Part shown: one piece after another, positions 9,367 through 16,998 of the stretch
How the letters are laid out: each line of letters opens with the position of its first letter
Position numbering within the stretch: the stretch's first letter is position 1
NCBI GenBank assembly: GCA_041918615.1
Contig: JAYRVH010000046.1
Span: forward strand, 7,990-71,989
From: Acidimicrobiales bacterium
GTDB taxonomy: Bacteria; Actinomycetota; Acidimicrobiia; Acidimicrobiales; DATDAH01
Length of the DNA stretch: 64,000 nt
Direction of reading: 5' to 3'
Made by a program: the position numbers and the translations under genes
The notes under the pieces: model-generated
What the model was told of the DNA's origin: nothing
The model's database searches: none
The model's input: only the letters and a program-made list of their open reading frames with translations

Positions 9367-11604
9367 ATGGCTGACGGGGGTGGGAGCAGGGCCGTGCCGG
9401 CCGACCTGGAGGTGCGGGCCGGGGTGGAGACGCTGACGGTGACCGGCGCGCGACCGGGCTCGCTGTTGCAGGTGGTCGCCACCGACGGCCGGCCGGTCGT
9501 CGGCGTGGTCGCCGATGAGCGTGGCAACGCCCACGTGTCGTTCGTGCCGGTCGAGCACGCGGTGCTGGCTTCGCTCGACGACCTGGTCGGCGCCGTCGGG
9601 TCCGGCGAGACGCTCGCCCCCGGCGAGTACACCGTGCAGGACATGAGTACCGACCCACCGGGCATCCACGGTCCGGTGCGGGTGCTCGCCGTCGAGGATG
9701 TCCCTGACCCGTCGCTCTACGATCAAGAGCTCCACGAGGGCTTCGGGTACCTCCGGTCGCGGGACGGGACGCTCCTTTCGGCCATGGTGCGCTTCCCCGA
9801 CGAGTCCCTGTACGGCCCGGCACCGTGGCCCACCGTGGTGGAGTACTCGGGCTACGGCCCGTCGAACCCCGATCTGCCCCAGCCGGGCACCATGCTGGCC
9901 AACCTCCTCGGGTTCGCGACGGTCGGGGTCAACATGCGCGGCACCGGCTGCTCGGGTGGGGTGTTCGACATCTTCAGCCCGGCGCAGGCCGCCGACGGGT
10001 ATGACGTGGTCGAGACCGTCGCCCGCCAGCCATGGGTGCTGCACGGCAGGCCCGGGATGGTCGGTCTCAGCTACCCGGGGATCTCGCAGCTCTTCGTGGC
10101 CGCCACCGCCCCACCGAGCCTGGCCGCCATCACGCCGCTCTCGGTGATCGACGACCTGTGGCGCCAGCAGTGGCCCGGCGGCACGTACAACTCGGGCTTC
10201 ACAAGGGCCTGGCTCGCCCAGCGCGACAACGAGACCAAGTCGGGCGGCATGGCCTGGGACCAGGCTCGCATCGACGACGGCGACGCCCAGTGCGCCGCCA
10301 ACCAGGACATCCGCAGCCTCAACCTCGACTTCGAGCGGTTCGGCCGCGCTATCGAGACCTTCCGCCCGGCCCTCGAGGCCCGTCGCATCGCCAACATGAT
10401 CAACCGGATCGACGTGCCGGTGTACCTGTCGGGCTCGTGGCAGGACGAGCAGACGGGCAGCCGTTTCGCCCTCATGCTCGAACGGTTCCAGGCCTCGCCG
10501 CACGTGGTGTTCACGCTGTTCAACGGCCACCACCCCGACGGGTTCAGCCCGATGGTGATCGCCCGCTGGTTCGAGTTCCTCTCGTTCCACGTGGCCCGGA
10601 AGGTGCCGAAGGTGCCCGACCTCGTCCGTGCCGTCGCGCCGGCCGCGTTCGCCGAGTACTTCGGCTACACCGCCGACATCGAGGCCGACCGCTTCGGCGA
10701 CCTTGCCGACGACTACCCCGCGGCGCTCGCCCGCTACCTGGCGGAGCCTCCCGTGCGGATCCTCTTCGAGAGCGGCGCCGCGGGCGAGGTGCCGGGCGCC
10801 CCGGGACCGCGTTACGAGGTGCAGGTCGAGTCGTTCCCGCCTCCAGGGTGCACCCCGGTGCGTTGGTGGTTCGCTCCCGACGGGGCGCTGGTCGATGAGC
10901 CACCGGCAGCGCCGGGCGCCGACCTGTACGCGGACGACGTCGACGCCGGAGCGGCCTCGTACGCGCTCACCGAGCGGTTCGACGACTTCATCCAGCCCAC
11001 GGTCCCGATCGAGTGGACGACCTTCGCCGACGAATGCACCGCCGCCTACGAGACGGCCCCGCTCGACGAGGCGATCACGGTGATGGGCCAGGGCCACGTC
11101 GACCTCTGGCTCCGTCCGGGCACCGACGACACGTCGGTACAGGCCACCATCACCGAGATCCGCCCCGACGGCATGGAGCTCCGGGTGCAGTCCGGATGGC
11201 ACCGGCCCGTCCACCGCGAGGAGGACCCCGAGCGCTCCGACCACCTGCTCGTCGACTACACCTTCGCCCCCGAGCACCGAGAGGCACTGGTCGTCGGCGA
11301 GTGGCTGCAGTTCCGCGTGCCGATCATGCCGGTCGCCCACGTGTTCCGCGTCGGCTCCCGATTGCGGTTGACGCTGTCGACACCGGGTCGCGACCAGGCG
11401 TTCTGGTGCTTCGAGAACCCGGTGTCGGCGGGCGCCACCCACGCGGTCGGGCGGGGCGGTGCCCACGGATCGGCCCTGGTGCTGCCGGCGTGGGCCGGTG
11501 TCGACCACCCCGAGGACCACCCGGCATCCGGCGCGGTGCGCGGCCAACCCGCCCGTACCGCCCGCCCGATCCGCAACACACCACTCGACCCCACCCCGGG
11601 GTGA
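9367..11604 (+). CDS. CocE/NonD-family alpha/beta hydrolase (X-Pro dipeptidyl-peptidase S15-like)
   Basis: 745 aa. VEYSGYGPSN, nucleophile elbow GLSYPG, C-terminal beta-sandwich region. No signal peptide seen. Confidence 0.78.
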   Translation: MADGGGSRAVPADLEVRAGVETLTVTGARPGSLLQVVATDGRPVVGVVADERGNAHVSFVPVEHAVLASLDDLVGAVGSGETLAPGEYTVQDMSTDPPGIHGPVRVLAVEDVPDPSLYDQELHEGFGYLRSRDGTLLSAMVRFPDESLYGPAPWPTVVEYSGYGPSNPDLPQPGTMLANLLGFATVGVNMRGTGCSGGVFDIFSPAQAADGYDVVETVARQPWVLHGRPGMVGLSYPGISQLFVAATAPPSLAAITPLSVIDDLWRQQWPGGTYNSGFTRAWLAQRDNETKSGGMAWDQARIDDGDAQCAANQDIRSLNLDFERFGRAIETFRPALEARRIANMINRIDVPVYLSGSWQDEQTGSRFALMLERFQASPHVVFTLFNGHHPDGFSPMVIARWFEFLSFHVARKVPKVPDLVRAVAPAAFAEYFGYTADIEADRFGDLADDYPAALARYLAEPPVRILFESGAAGEVPGAPGPRYEVQVESFPPPGCTPVRWWFAPDGALVDEPPAAPGADLYADDVDAGAASYALTERFDDFIQPTVPIEWTTFADECTAAYETAPLDEAITVMGQGHVDLWLRPGTDDTSVQATITEIRPDGMELRVQSGWHRPVHREEDPERSDHLLVDYTFAPEHREALVVGEWLQFRVPIMPVAHVFRVGSRLRLTLSTPGRDQAFWCFENPVSAGATHAVGRGGAHGSALVLPAWAGVDHPEDHPASGAVRGQPARTARPIRNTPLDPTPG

Positions 11605-11791
11605 CCGGGCGTCGGCAACACGCCGCCCGATGAGGTCGATGCCCCGGTCGGGGCGGGTCGAGCAGGCGACCGGCGGGAGTGCCGATGGCGTCGCCTGCAC
11701 CGGCGGGGCACCGGGGCAGACAAGAGCTCTCCCCACCCCTTTGGGACCTTCGACTCTTCACCGCGAGCTCCGATCGGGTCACCATCGCCCC

Positions 11792-12490
11792 ATGCGTCGT
11801 GCCCTGATCTCGGTCGTCCTCATCGTCGCCACCCTCACCACGGCCGGACCCGTCGCGGCTACCGGCCACGGTGACGCCGCGCCGACGGCGGCGCCCGTGG
11901 CCGAGCGGCTGCCTTCCGGCACCATCGATGCCTGTGTCACCTTCTCCCGGACCACGTCCCTCTGCTACCGGAACGAGCCCCTGCGCCTGCAGTTCGGCAA
12001 GAAGTTCGTCTTCCGGGGCCGTCTGAGCACTGGCCTGGCCGGCCCGGTCAGCGTCTGGCGGAAGCGGCCGGATTCGACCCGCTGGGTGCAGGTCGGGTCC
12101 GCTCCGGTGAACGCCGAGCACCGGTTCATCTGGCAGTGGCGCCCCACCCAGGCACAGGTCGCCGACGGCTACTACCGGTTCCAGTTCAGGGTCGGCGACA
12201 CGCGCAGCAACAACTTGCGGGTGAAGGTCCTACTCGGCCTCTGCGACGGCGACGTGTGCCTGCAGGGATACGTCTACGTGCCCGACCAGCTGACCATCGC
12301 AGTCGGGGACACGGTCACCTGGACGAGCATCAGCGGCATCAACCACACCGTCGATGCCGACGACGAGAGCTTCGAGTCGGACCTGATGAACTACGGCGAC
12401 AGCTTCGAGCACACCTTCCTCACCCCGGGCGTCTTCACCTACCACTGCGACCTCCACCGCCTTCAGACGGGCACAATCACCGTCGAGTAG
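11792..12490 (+). CDS. Secreted two-domain protein with C-terminal cupredoxin (blue-copper) domain
   Basis: Signal peptide MRRALISVVLIVATLTTAGPVAATG. C-terminal domain has GDTVTWTSISGINHTV...GVFTYHCDLHRLQTGTITVE (His, Cys-x2-His-x2-Gln). Start at ATG 11792, within ORF 11459..12490. Confidence 0.75.
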   Translation: MRRALISVVLIVATLTTAGPVAATGHGDAAPTAAPVAERLPSGTIDACVTFSRTTSLCYRNEPLRLQFGKKFVFRGRLSTGLAGPVSVWRKRPDSTRWVQVGSAPVNAEHRFIWQWRPTQAQVADGYYRFQFRVGDTRSNNLRVKVLLGLCDGDVCLQGYVYVPDQLTIAVGDTVTWTSISGINHTVDADDESFESDLMNYGDSFEHTFLTPGVFTYHCDLHRLQTGTITVE

Positions 12491-13373
12491 CCCACCACCC
12501 CGCGGCTGGCCGACCGGTGTGGTCTCGCTCCCGCATGCGACGACACCAAGGGCGACGCCGGGCAGCCCGAGGGTCGGCCGACTCGATGGTGGTCTGGCTC
12601 TGACCAGCGCGACTGGTTTCTGGACAGACCGGACGGTGGACCCGCAGCTGCGGGCCCGAACGCCCGGGACGGAGGAATGCAGCCACGTCGAGCCGAAGCG
12701 AGTCGGCCACCAGCCCCAGTTGCCGCGTCACCTCGTCGTCCGATCGGGCCGGGCCGTCGCGCGCGGGAGGCGAGGCCACCGCGACTGCCGTCGCGACGGG
12801 CATCGGTGGCGGGGCGGGCCACCGCTCGGCGGGCGACGGCACGGAAGCTGGCGGCTCGGCCGCCCGCGACTCGAACACCCGCGACTCGGCGGGCCGAGGC
12901 TCGGCCGCCCGGGGCTGCTCGGCTCGGGGCTCGAGCAGCCCCGGCTCGGGGGTCCGAGGCTCGACCGCCCGCGACTCGATGGGCCGCGACTCGATGGGCC
13001 GAGGCTCGGGTGCTCCCGACTGGACCACCCGCGACTCGAACACCCGCGGCTCGGGGAGCCGGGGCTCGGCGGCTCGCGACTCGAACACCCGCGGCTCCAC
13101 TGCTCGGGACTCGGCCGCTCGAGGCCGCTCGGCTCGGGGCTCGAGCAGCCGCGGCCCGGCGGCCGGCGGCTCGACGGCCTCGGGCTCGACGGCCTGGGGC
13201 TCGGCCTGGGGGCCCGTGCCGAAGAGGGCTCCGAGCCCCCGCCCGCCCGGGGCGCTCGAGCCGTCCCTGGGACCGGAGGGGGCAAGGATCGAGTCGAGTC
13301 CACGCCCCAACCCGCTCTGGAGCTCCTCTTCGTCCATGGACTCTTCGTCAAGCCCCATGCCCCAAACGATCAC
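12477..13373 (-). CDS. Repeat protein with two ParB-type N-terminal peptides; possibly truncated or decaying at the 3' end
   Basis: N-terminus ...EELQSGLGRGLDSILAPSG...GGRGLGALFGTGP, followed by 24 x E-[PS]-R-x-x units. Start is GTG 13373 or ATG 13358. The last 70 or so codons have poor third-position GC, and the ORF overlaps the cupredoxin 3' end by 14 nt. Confidence 0.55.
   Translation of the reverse strand: MIVWGMGLDEESMDEEELQSGLGRGLDSILAPSGPRDGSSAPGGRGLGALFGTGPQAEPQAVEPEAVEPPAAGPRLLEPRAERPRAAESRAVEPRVFESRAAEPRLPEPRVFESRVVQSGAPEPRPIESRPIESRAVEPRTPEPGLLEPRAEQPRAAEPRPAESRVFESRAAEPPASVPSPAERWPAPPPMPVATAVAVASPPARDGPARSDDEVTRQLGLVADSLRLDVAAFLRPGRSGPQLRVHRPVCPETSRAGQSQTTIESADPRAARRRPWCRRMRERDHTGRPAAGWWATRR
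12843..13202 (-). repeat. 24 tandem 15-nt (pentapeptide) coding repeats
   Basis: Phased units read EPQAV EPEAV EPPAA GPRLL EPRAE RPRAA ESRAV EPRVF ESRAA EPRLP EPRVF ESRVV QSGAP EPRPI ESRPI ESRAV EPRTP EPGLL EPRAE QPRAA EPRPA ESRVF ESRAA EPPAS. Confidence 0.9.
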
Positions 13374-13640
13374 ACGCTTTCGGGCGCGCGACGCGGACCA
13401 CCCGGCCGAACGGCCTGCGCAGACCGGCCGGGAACCGGCGCCCCATCCATCCGTCGAAGAGGCGGTCGCCGCATCGCAGGCGTGAGCTGTCGGGTCGCGG
13501 GCGGCCAGGTCCGAGCCCTCGCCTCGCGGCCCGGCCCCGTTGCCCCCAGGGCGCGTCGCCGGCGGAACCGCGCGGTCGACGGACCGTAGGCGGGGCCGAT
13601 CTCACGCTCCGTGGCTGGCGGACCCGTCGCCACCGAACTT

Positions 13641-13677
13641 GAGGCAATGGCACCCGGTTTCCGGGGGCTATTGCCTC
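13641..13677. other. Strong isolated hairpin in a 553-bp non-coding gap
   Basis: GAGGCAATGGCACCCGG-TTT-CCGGGGGCTATTGCCTC. Outer 8 bp are perfect and the inner 9 bp have 2 mismatches. No flanking T/A tract on either strand. Confidence 0.6.
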
Positions 13678-13926
13678 GAATTCGAGGACTTCGCCGGTCC
13701 GAGGGCGGAGAGTGACGGATCCGCTCGAGGCGGGCCCGTGTGGCCGGCGCCGACCTCGCGCCCCCACCCCCCCGCCGCCGGTGACGGCCACCCTCGCACC
13801 ACTCCATCCCCCGGCGGCCCGAACGGCGCCGCAGGATGGGCCCCGCGACCCGCCGTTCTGTCGATCGCGCCCTCAGGGACCGGGCTCGACAGCCGTTGCC
13901 ACGGTCGGATCGGGCACCGGAACGGA

Positions 13927-16900
13927 TCAGCCGGAGGTCGCCCAATGAAGGGTGACGGCGCCCTTGGCCGTGCGGTAGCCGTCGACGGCGAGCCGGTAGG
14001 TCGTGCCGGCCGTGGCCGCGAACTGGATCCGGCTCTGGAAGCCGCAGGACGCGTCGTCGTCGTTGCCCGCCACAGCGGTCAGTGCGTTCAACGCGGTACC
14101 GGTGTACGACGCCAACAACGTGTCGAAGCCGCTGCCGCAGGTGTCGAAGGCCACCGTGGCGGTGGACGGCGCCGTCCACGAGTACCAGATCGACGCGGAC
14201 CCCGTCTGGCCACCGTGGTTTGGCTCGCCGGTCTCGCGGGTCGCGTTCGCGGTCGACGCGGTCACCGAGCCCGAGGGGCCCGTCAGCACCTGGGCGGAGG
14301 CGAACGCGTCGTTCCCCGGCGGCGGTGGCGGCGGCAGGGCAAGCGTCCAGTCGAGCGACACCGTGCCGGTGGCCCCCTCGTAGCCGCCGACCACGATGCG
14401 GTACGTGGTTCCTGCGGTCGCCGCGAACCTCACCGTGCTCCCGCCGCCGAGGTTGAAGGCGCCGCAGTTGTCGTCGTTGCCCTCGAGGAGCGTCAGGGCA
14501 CTCAACGTCGTTCCGGTGAAGGCCCCCATCAGGGTGTCGAGCGAGCCATCGCAGGTCGTGAACGTGGCCAGCCCGTTGCTGGGGGCCGTCCAGCGGTACC
14601 AGACCGACCGCTGGTTGCGCTCGCCCGCGAGCAGGGTCGGCTCATCCGGCTCGATGCTGGCATACGCGTTGGTCCCCGTGACGGTGCCCGGCGCGCCCGT
14701 CAGCATTGCGGCATCGGCGAAGTCGTCGTTCGGGGGCGGCGGAGGCGAGTTGGTGAACGTGCAGGTCACGTGCTCGTGCGGGGCGAGCGTGATGGTGACC
14801 CGGCGGTTGGCGAGGTCAACGGCCTCGCCCGTGTCGCAGCGCAGGTGGGTCAGCCCGGGGGTGGCGCCGGCGCCCTGGGTGATGACGTAGGTGCCCGGCG
14901 CGAGGCCGGTCGCGCTCAGGTTCGCGGCCAGCGCAGGGTCCTGATCGTCGTCGAGGCTGAACGAGCCACAGCCACCGCCACCGCCGCTCAGGCAGCCCGT
15001 GTACGCGAAGTCCTGGCTGGTGAAGGGCTCGGCCTGCTGGACGATGTTGATCGCCGCACTGTCGTCGGTGAACGTGCAGGTGACGTGCTCGCCCGCCGTG
15101 AGCGTGATGATGGCCCGCCGGTCCGCCAGGCTCACGTTCTCGCCGGTGTCGCACGAGAGGGCCGTGAGGTCCCAGCCGGGCACCGCCGCCTGGGTGATCG
15201 TGTAGGTCCCCGGCGCGAGCCCGGATCCCACCACGCGGTTGGGCAGGGCCGGGTCACGGTCGTCGTCCAGCGCCCATTGGGAACAGCCCGCGCCCAGGCA
15301 CCCGGTGAACGAGAAGTCCTGCGCCGCATCCGCGAGCGCCGAGTCCTCCACAATGGCGATCGAGGTGGACGAGTTGGTGAAGGTGCAGGTGACGTGCTCG
15401 TCCGTCCCGAGGTTGATGGTGACCCGGCGGTTGGCCAGGTCCACCGTCTCACCGGTGTCGCACGACAGCGAGGTGAGGTCCCAGCCGGGGTTGGCCGCCT
15501 GCGTCACGGTGTAGGACCCCGCCGGCAGTCCCCCACCGGTGAAGAAGTCGGGCCGCGTGGCGTCGGTGCCGCCGTCGTCGTCGAGCGAGAACGGCCCGCA
15601 GTCCGCCGTTCCGGTGCGGCACCCGGTGAACGAGAAGTCGCGACCGTCGTTCGGCGAAGCGGCTTCCACGATCGTGATGGCGGGGTTCACGATCAGGAAC
15701 GAGTCGTTCAGGAGGCGGTTGGGGCTGCCGGGGTAGGGGCTCGTCACCTTGCCGGGGGTGGCGCCGGCCGTCAGGGCCGCGGACACCTCGGCCGCCGACG
15801 CCCCGGGGCGCTCCTGAAGGTAGCGGGCGGCCATGCCGGCGACGTGGGGGCTCGCCATCGAGGTGCCGTCGAAGCTGGCGGTCGCGTCGTCGCTGTCGCT
15901 CACGGACGACACGATGTCGACCCCGGGCGCGAAGACGTCCAGGCAGGTGCCGAAGTTCGAGAAGTAGGCGCGGGCATCGTCGCGGGTGGTCGCGCCCACC
16001 GTGATGGCCGCGGGCACGAACGCCGGCGAGTGGTTGCAGGCGTCGTCGGTCTCGTTGCCGGCGGCGACCGCGTAGGTGACCCCCGACGCGACCGATGCGT
16101 CCAGTGCGATCTGCATCGCTTCCGACTGGCCCTCACCGCCGATGCTCATGTTGGCGACGGCCGGCTTGACCGCGTGCGCGGTCACCCAGTCGATGCCGGC
16201 GACGACGGACGCGGTGCTGCCGCCGCCCGCGCAGTCCAGCACCCGTACGGCCACGAGTGACACGGCCTTGGCCACGCCGTAGGTGGCGCCGCCGATCGTG
16301 CCCGCCACGTGCGTGCCGTGGTCGTTGCAGTCCTGACCGTTGCGGCCGTCACCGATGGCGTCGAAGCCCACCGTGGCCCGCCCCCCGAACTCGTGGTGGC
16401 TCGTGCGGATGCCGGTGTCGATGACATACGCGTGCACGCCGGCGCCGGTGGCGTTGTAGTGGTAGTTGCCGTCGAGGGGCAGGTCGCGCTGGTCGAGGCG
16501 GTCGAGCCCCCAGTCGGCGCCCGGCTGGGTCGCCTCCGCATGCACGCCACCGACTGGGGCGGTGCCGAAGGGGTCACTGGATCCTGGCGCGGGCGGCGCC
16601 CCCACCTGGACCACCGCGTCCTGCTCGACGCTCGCGACACGCGGATCGGTGCTCAACGCCAGGGCGTCCGACCGGCTCATCTCGGTGGCGAAGCCGCGGA
16701 GGGCGTGCTTGTAGGTGAACAGCACCTCGCCGTCGTGCTCCTCGGCCAGATCGGCCACGGTGGACCGGACCTGTGACCTCGCCACGTCGGCCAGGGTGAC
16801 GATGTACCGGCCCGGCACCGGGTCGACGGCCGACTCGATGGAGCCCTGCTCGCGCGGCGTTGCAGCCCCGGATGCGGCCGCGGCGGGGTCCGCGACGAGC

Positions 16901-16998
16901 CCCGCCACGGCGAGTCCGAGCATCAGGGTGACGGCCAGGGCGGCCCGGCCCGTCATCCCGCGATCCGTCAGGTGGCGGCGCGCCACTCGTGGGTTCAT
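13927..16998 (-). CDS. Secreted subtilisin-like serine protease (S8, proteinase K-like), paralog B: propeptide + S8 + 3 repeat modules + 2 PPC-like domains
   Basis: Start [10 protein letters not shown] at 16998, forming an ATGA overlap with the stop of paralog A. Signal peptide. Catalytic triad motifs [27 protein letters not shown]. Confidence 0.92.
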   Translation of the reverse strand: MNPRVARRHLTDRGMTGRAALAVTLMLGLAVAGLVADPAAAASGAATPREQGSIESAVDPVPGRYIVTLADVARSQVRSTVADLAEEHDGEVLFTYKHALRGFATEMSRSDALALSTDPRVASVEQDAVVQVGAPPAPGSSDPFGTAPVGGVHAEATQPGADWGLDRLDQRDLPLDGNYHYNATGAGVHAYVIDTGIRTSHHEFGGRATVGFDAIGDGRNGQDCNDHGTHVAGTIGGATYGVAKAVSLVAVRVLDCAGGGSTASVVAGIDWVTAHAVKPAVANMSIGGEGQSEAMQIALDASVASGVTYAVAAGNETDDACNHSPAFVPAAITVGATTRDDARAYFSNFGTCLDVFAPGVDIVSSVSDSDDATASFDGTSMASPHVAGMAARYLQERPGASAAEVSAALTAGATPGKVTSPYPGSPNRLLNDSFLIVNPAITIVEAASPNDGRDFSFTGCRTGTADCGPFSLDDDGGTDATRPDFFTGGGLPAGSYTVTQAANPGWDLTSLSCDTGETVDLANRRVTINLGTDEHVTCTFTNSSTSIAIVEDSALADAAQDFSFTGCLGAGCSQWALDDDRDPALPNRVVGSGLAPGTYTITQAAVPGWDLTALSCDTGENVSLADRRAIITLTAGEHVTCTFTDDSAAINIVQQAEPFTSQDFAYTGCLSGGGGGCGSFSLDDDQDPALAANLSATGLAPGTYVITQGAGATPGLTHLRCDTGEAVDLANRRVTITLAPHEHVTCTFTNSPPPPPNDDFADAAMLTGAPGTVTGTNAYASIEPDEPTLLAGERNQRSVWYRWTAPSNGLATFTTCDGSLDTLMGAFTGTTLSALTLLEGNDDNCGAFNLGGGSTVRFAATAGTTYRIVVGGYEGATGTVSLDWTLALPPPPPPGNDAFASAQVLTGPSGSVTASTANATRETGEPNHGGQTGSASIWYSWTAPSTATVAFDTCGSGFDTLLASYTGTALNALTAVAGNDDDASCGFQSRIQFAATAGTTYRLAVDGYRTAKGAVTLHWATSG
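14749..15678 (-). repeat. Three tandem modules of about 310 nt (about 103 aa) inside protease B
   Basis: Each module reads DFSFTGC...F/W-LDDD...Y-TVTQ...[26 protein letters not shown](N/D). GGTGAA(C/G)GTGCAGGT(C/G)ACGTGCTCG recurs about every 310 nt. Confidence 0.9.

Noticed and set aside
9304-11736. 810-aa minus-strand ORF antisense to the CocE/NonD hydrolase.
   Set aside because: It has a low-complexity Arg/Gly/Val composition and no motifs. The plus-strand frame has a clear alpha/beta-hydrolase signature.
12843-13202. Regular short repeats that might be a CRISPR array or a minisatellite.
   Set aside because: The period is 15 nt with no spacers. The units are degenerate only at wobble or variable residues and stay in one reading frame (E-[PS]-R-x-x). 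No cas genes are present. They are coding tandem repeats.
12519-13642. Plus-strand ORFs across the repeat region (12519..13589, 12677..13642, 12979..13485).
   Set aside because: They are mirror frames of the repeat and encode Arg/Gly/Ser strings with no N-terminal features. The minus frame carries the specific GLGRGLDSIL-type motif and an acidic, protein-like head. The strand choice still deserves experimental confirmation.
13745-13800. C-rich tract (CCCCCACCCCCCC) considered as a 6C-type small RNA.
   Set aside because: I could fold only one weak 6-bp stem with a very large loop, and I see no second C-rich loop. The evidence is insufficient without a covariance-model scan.
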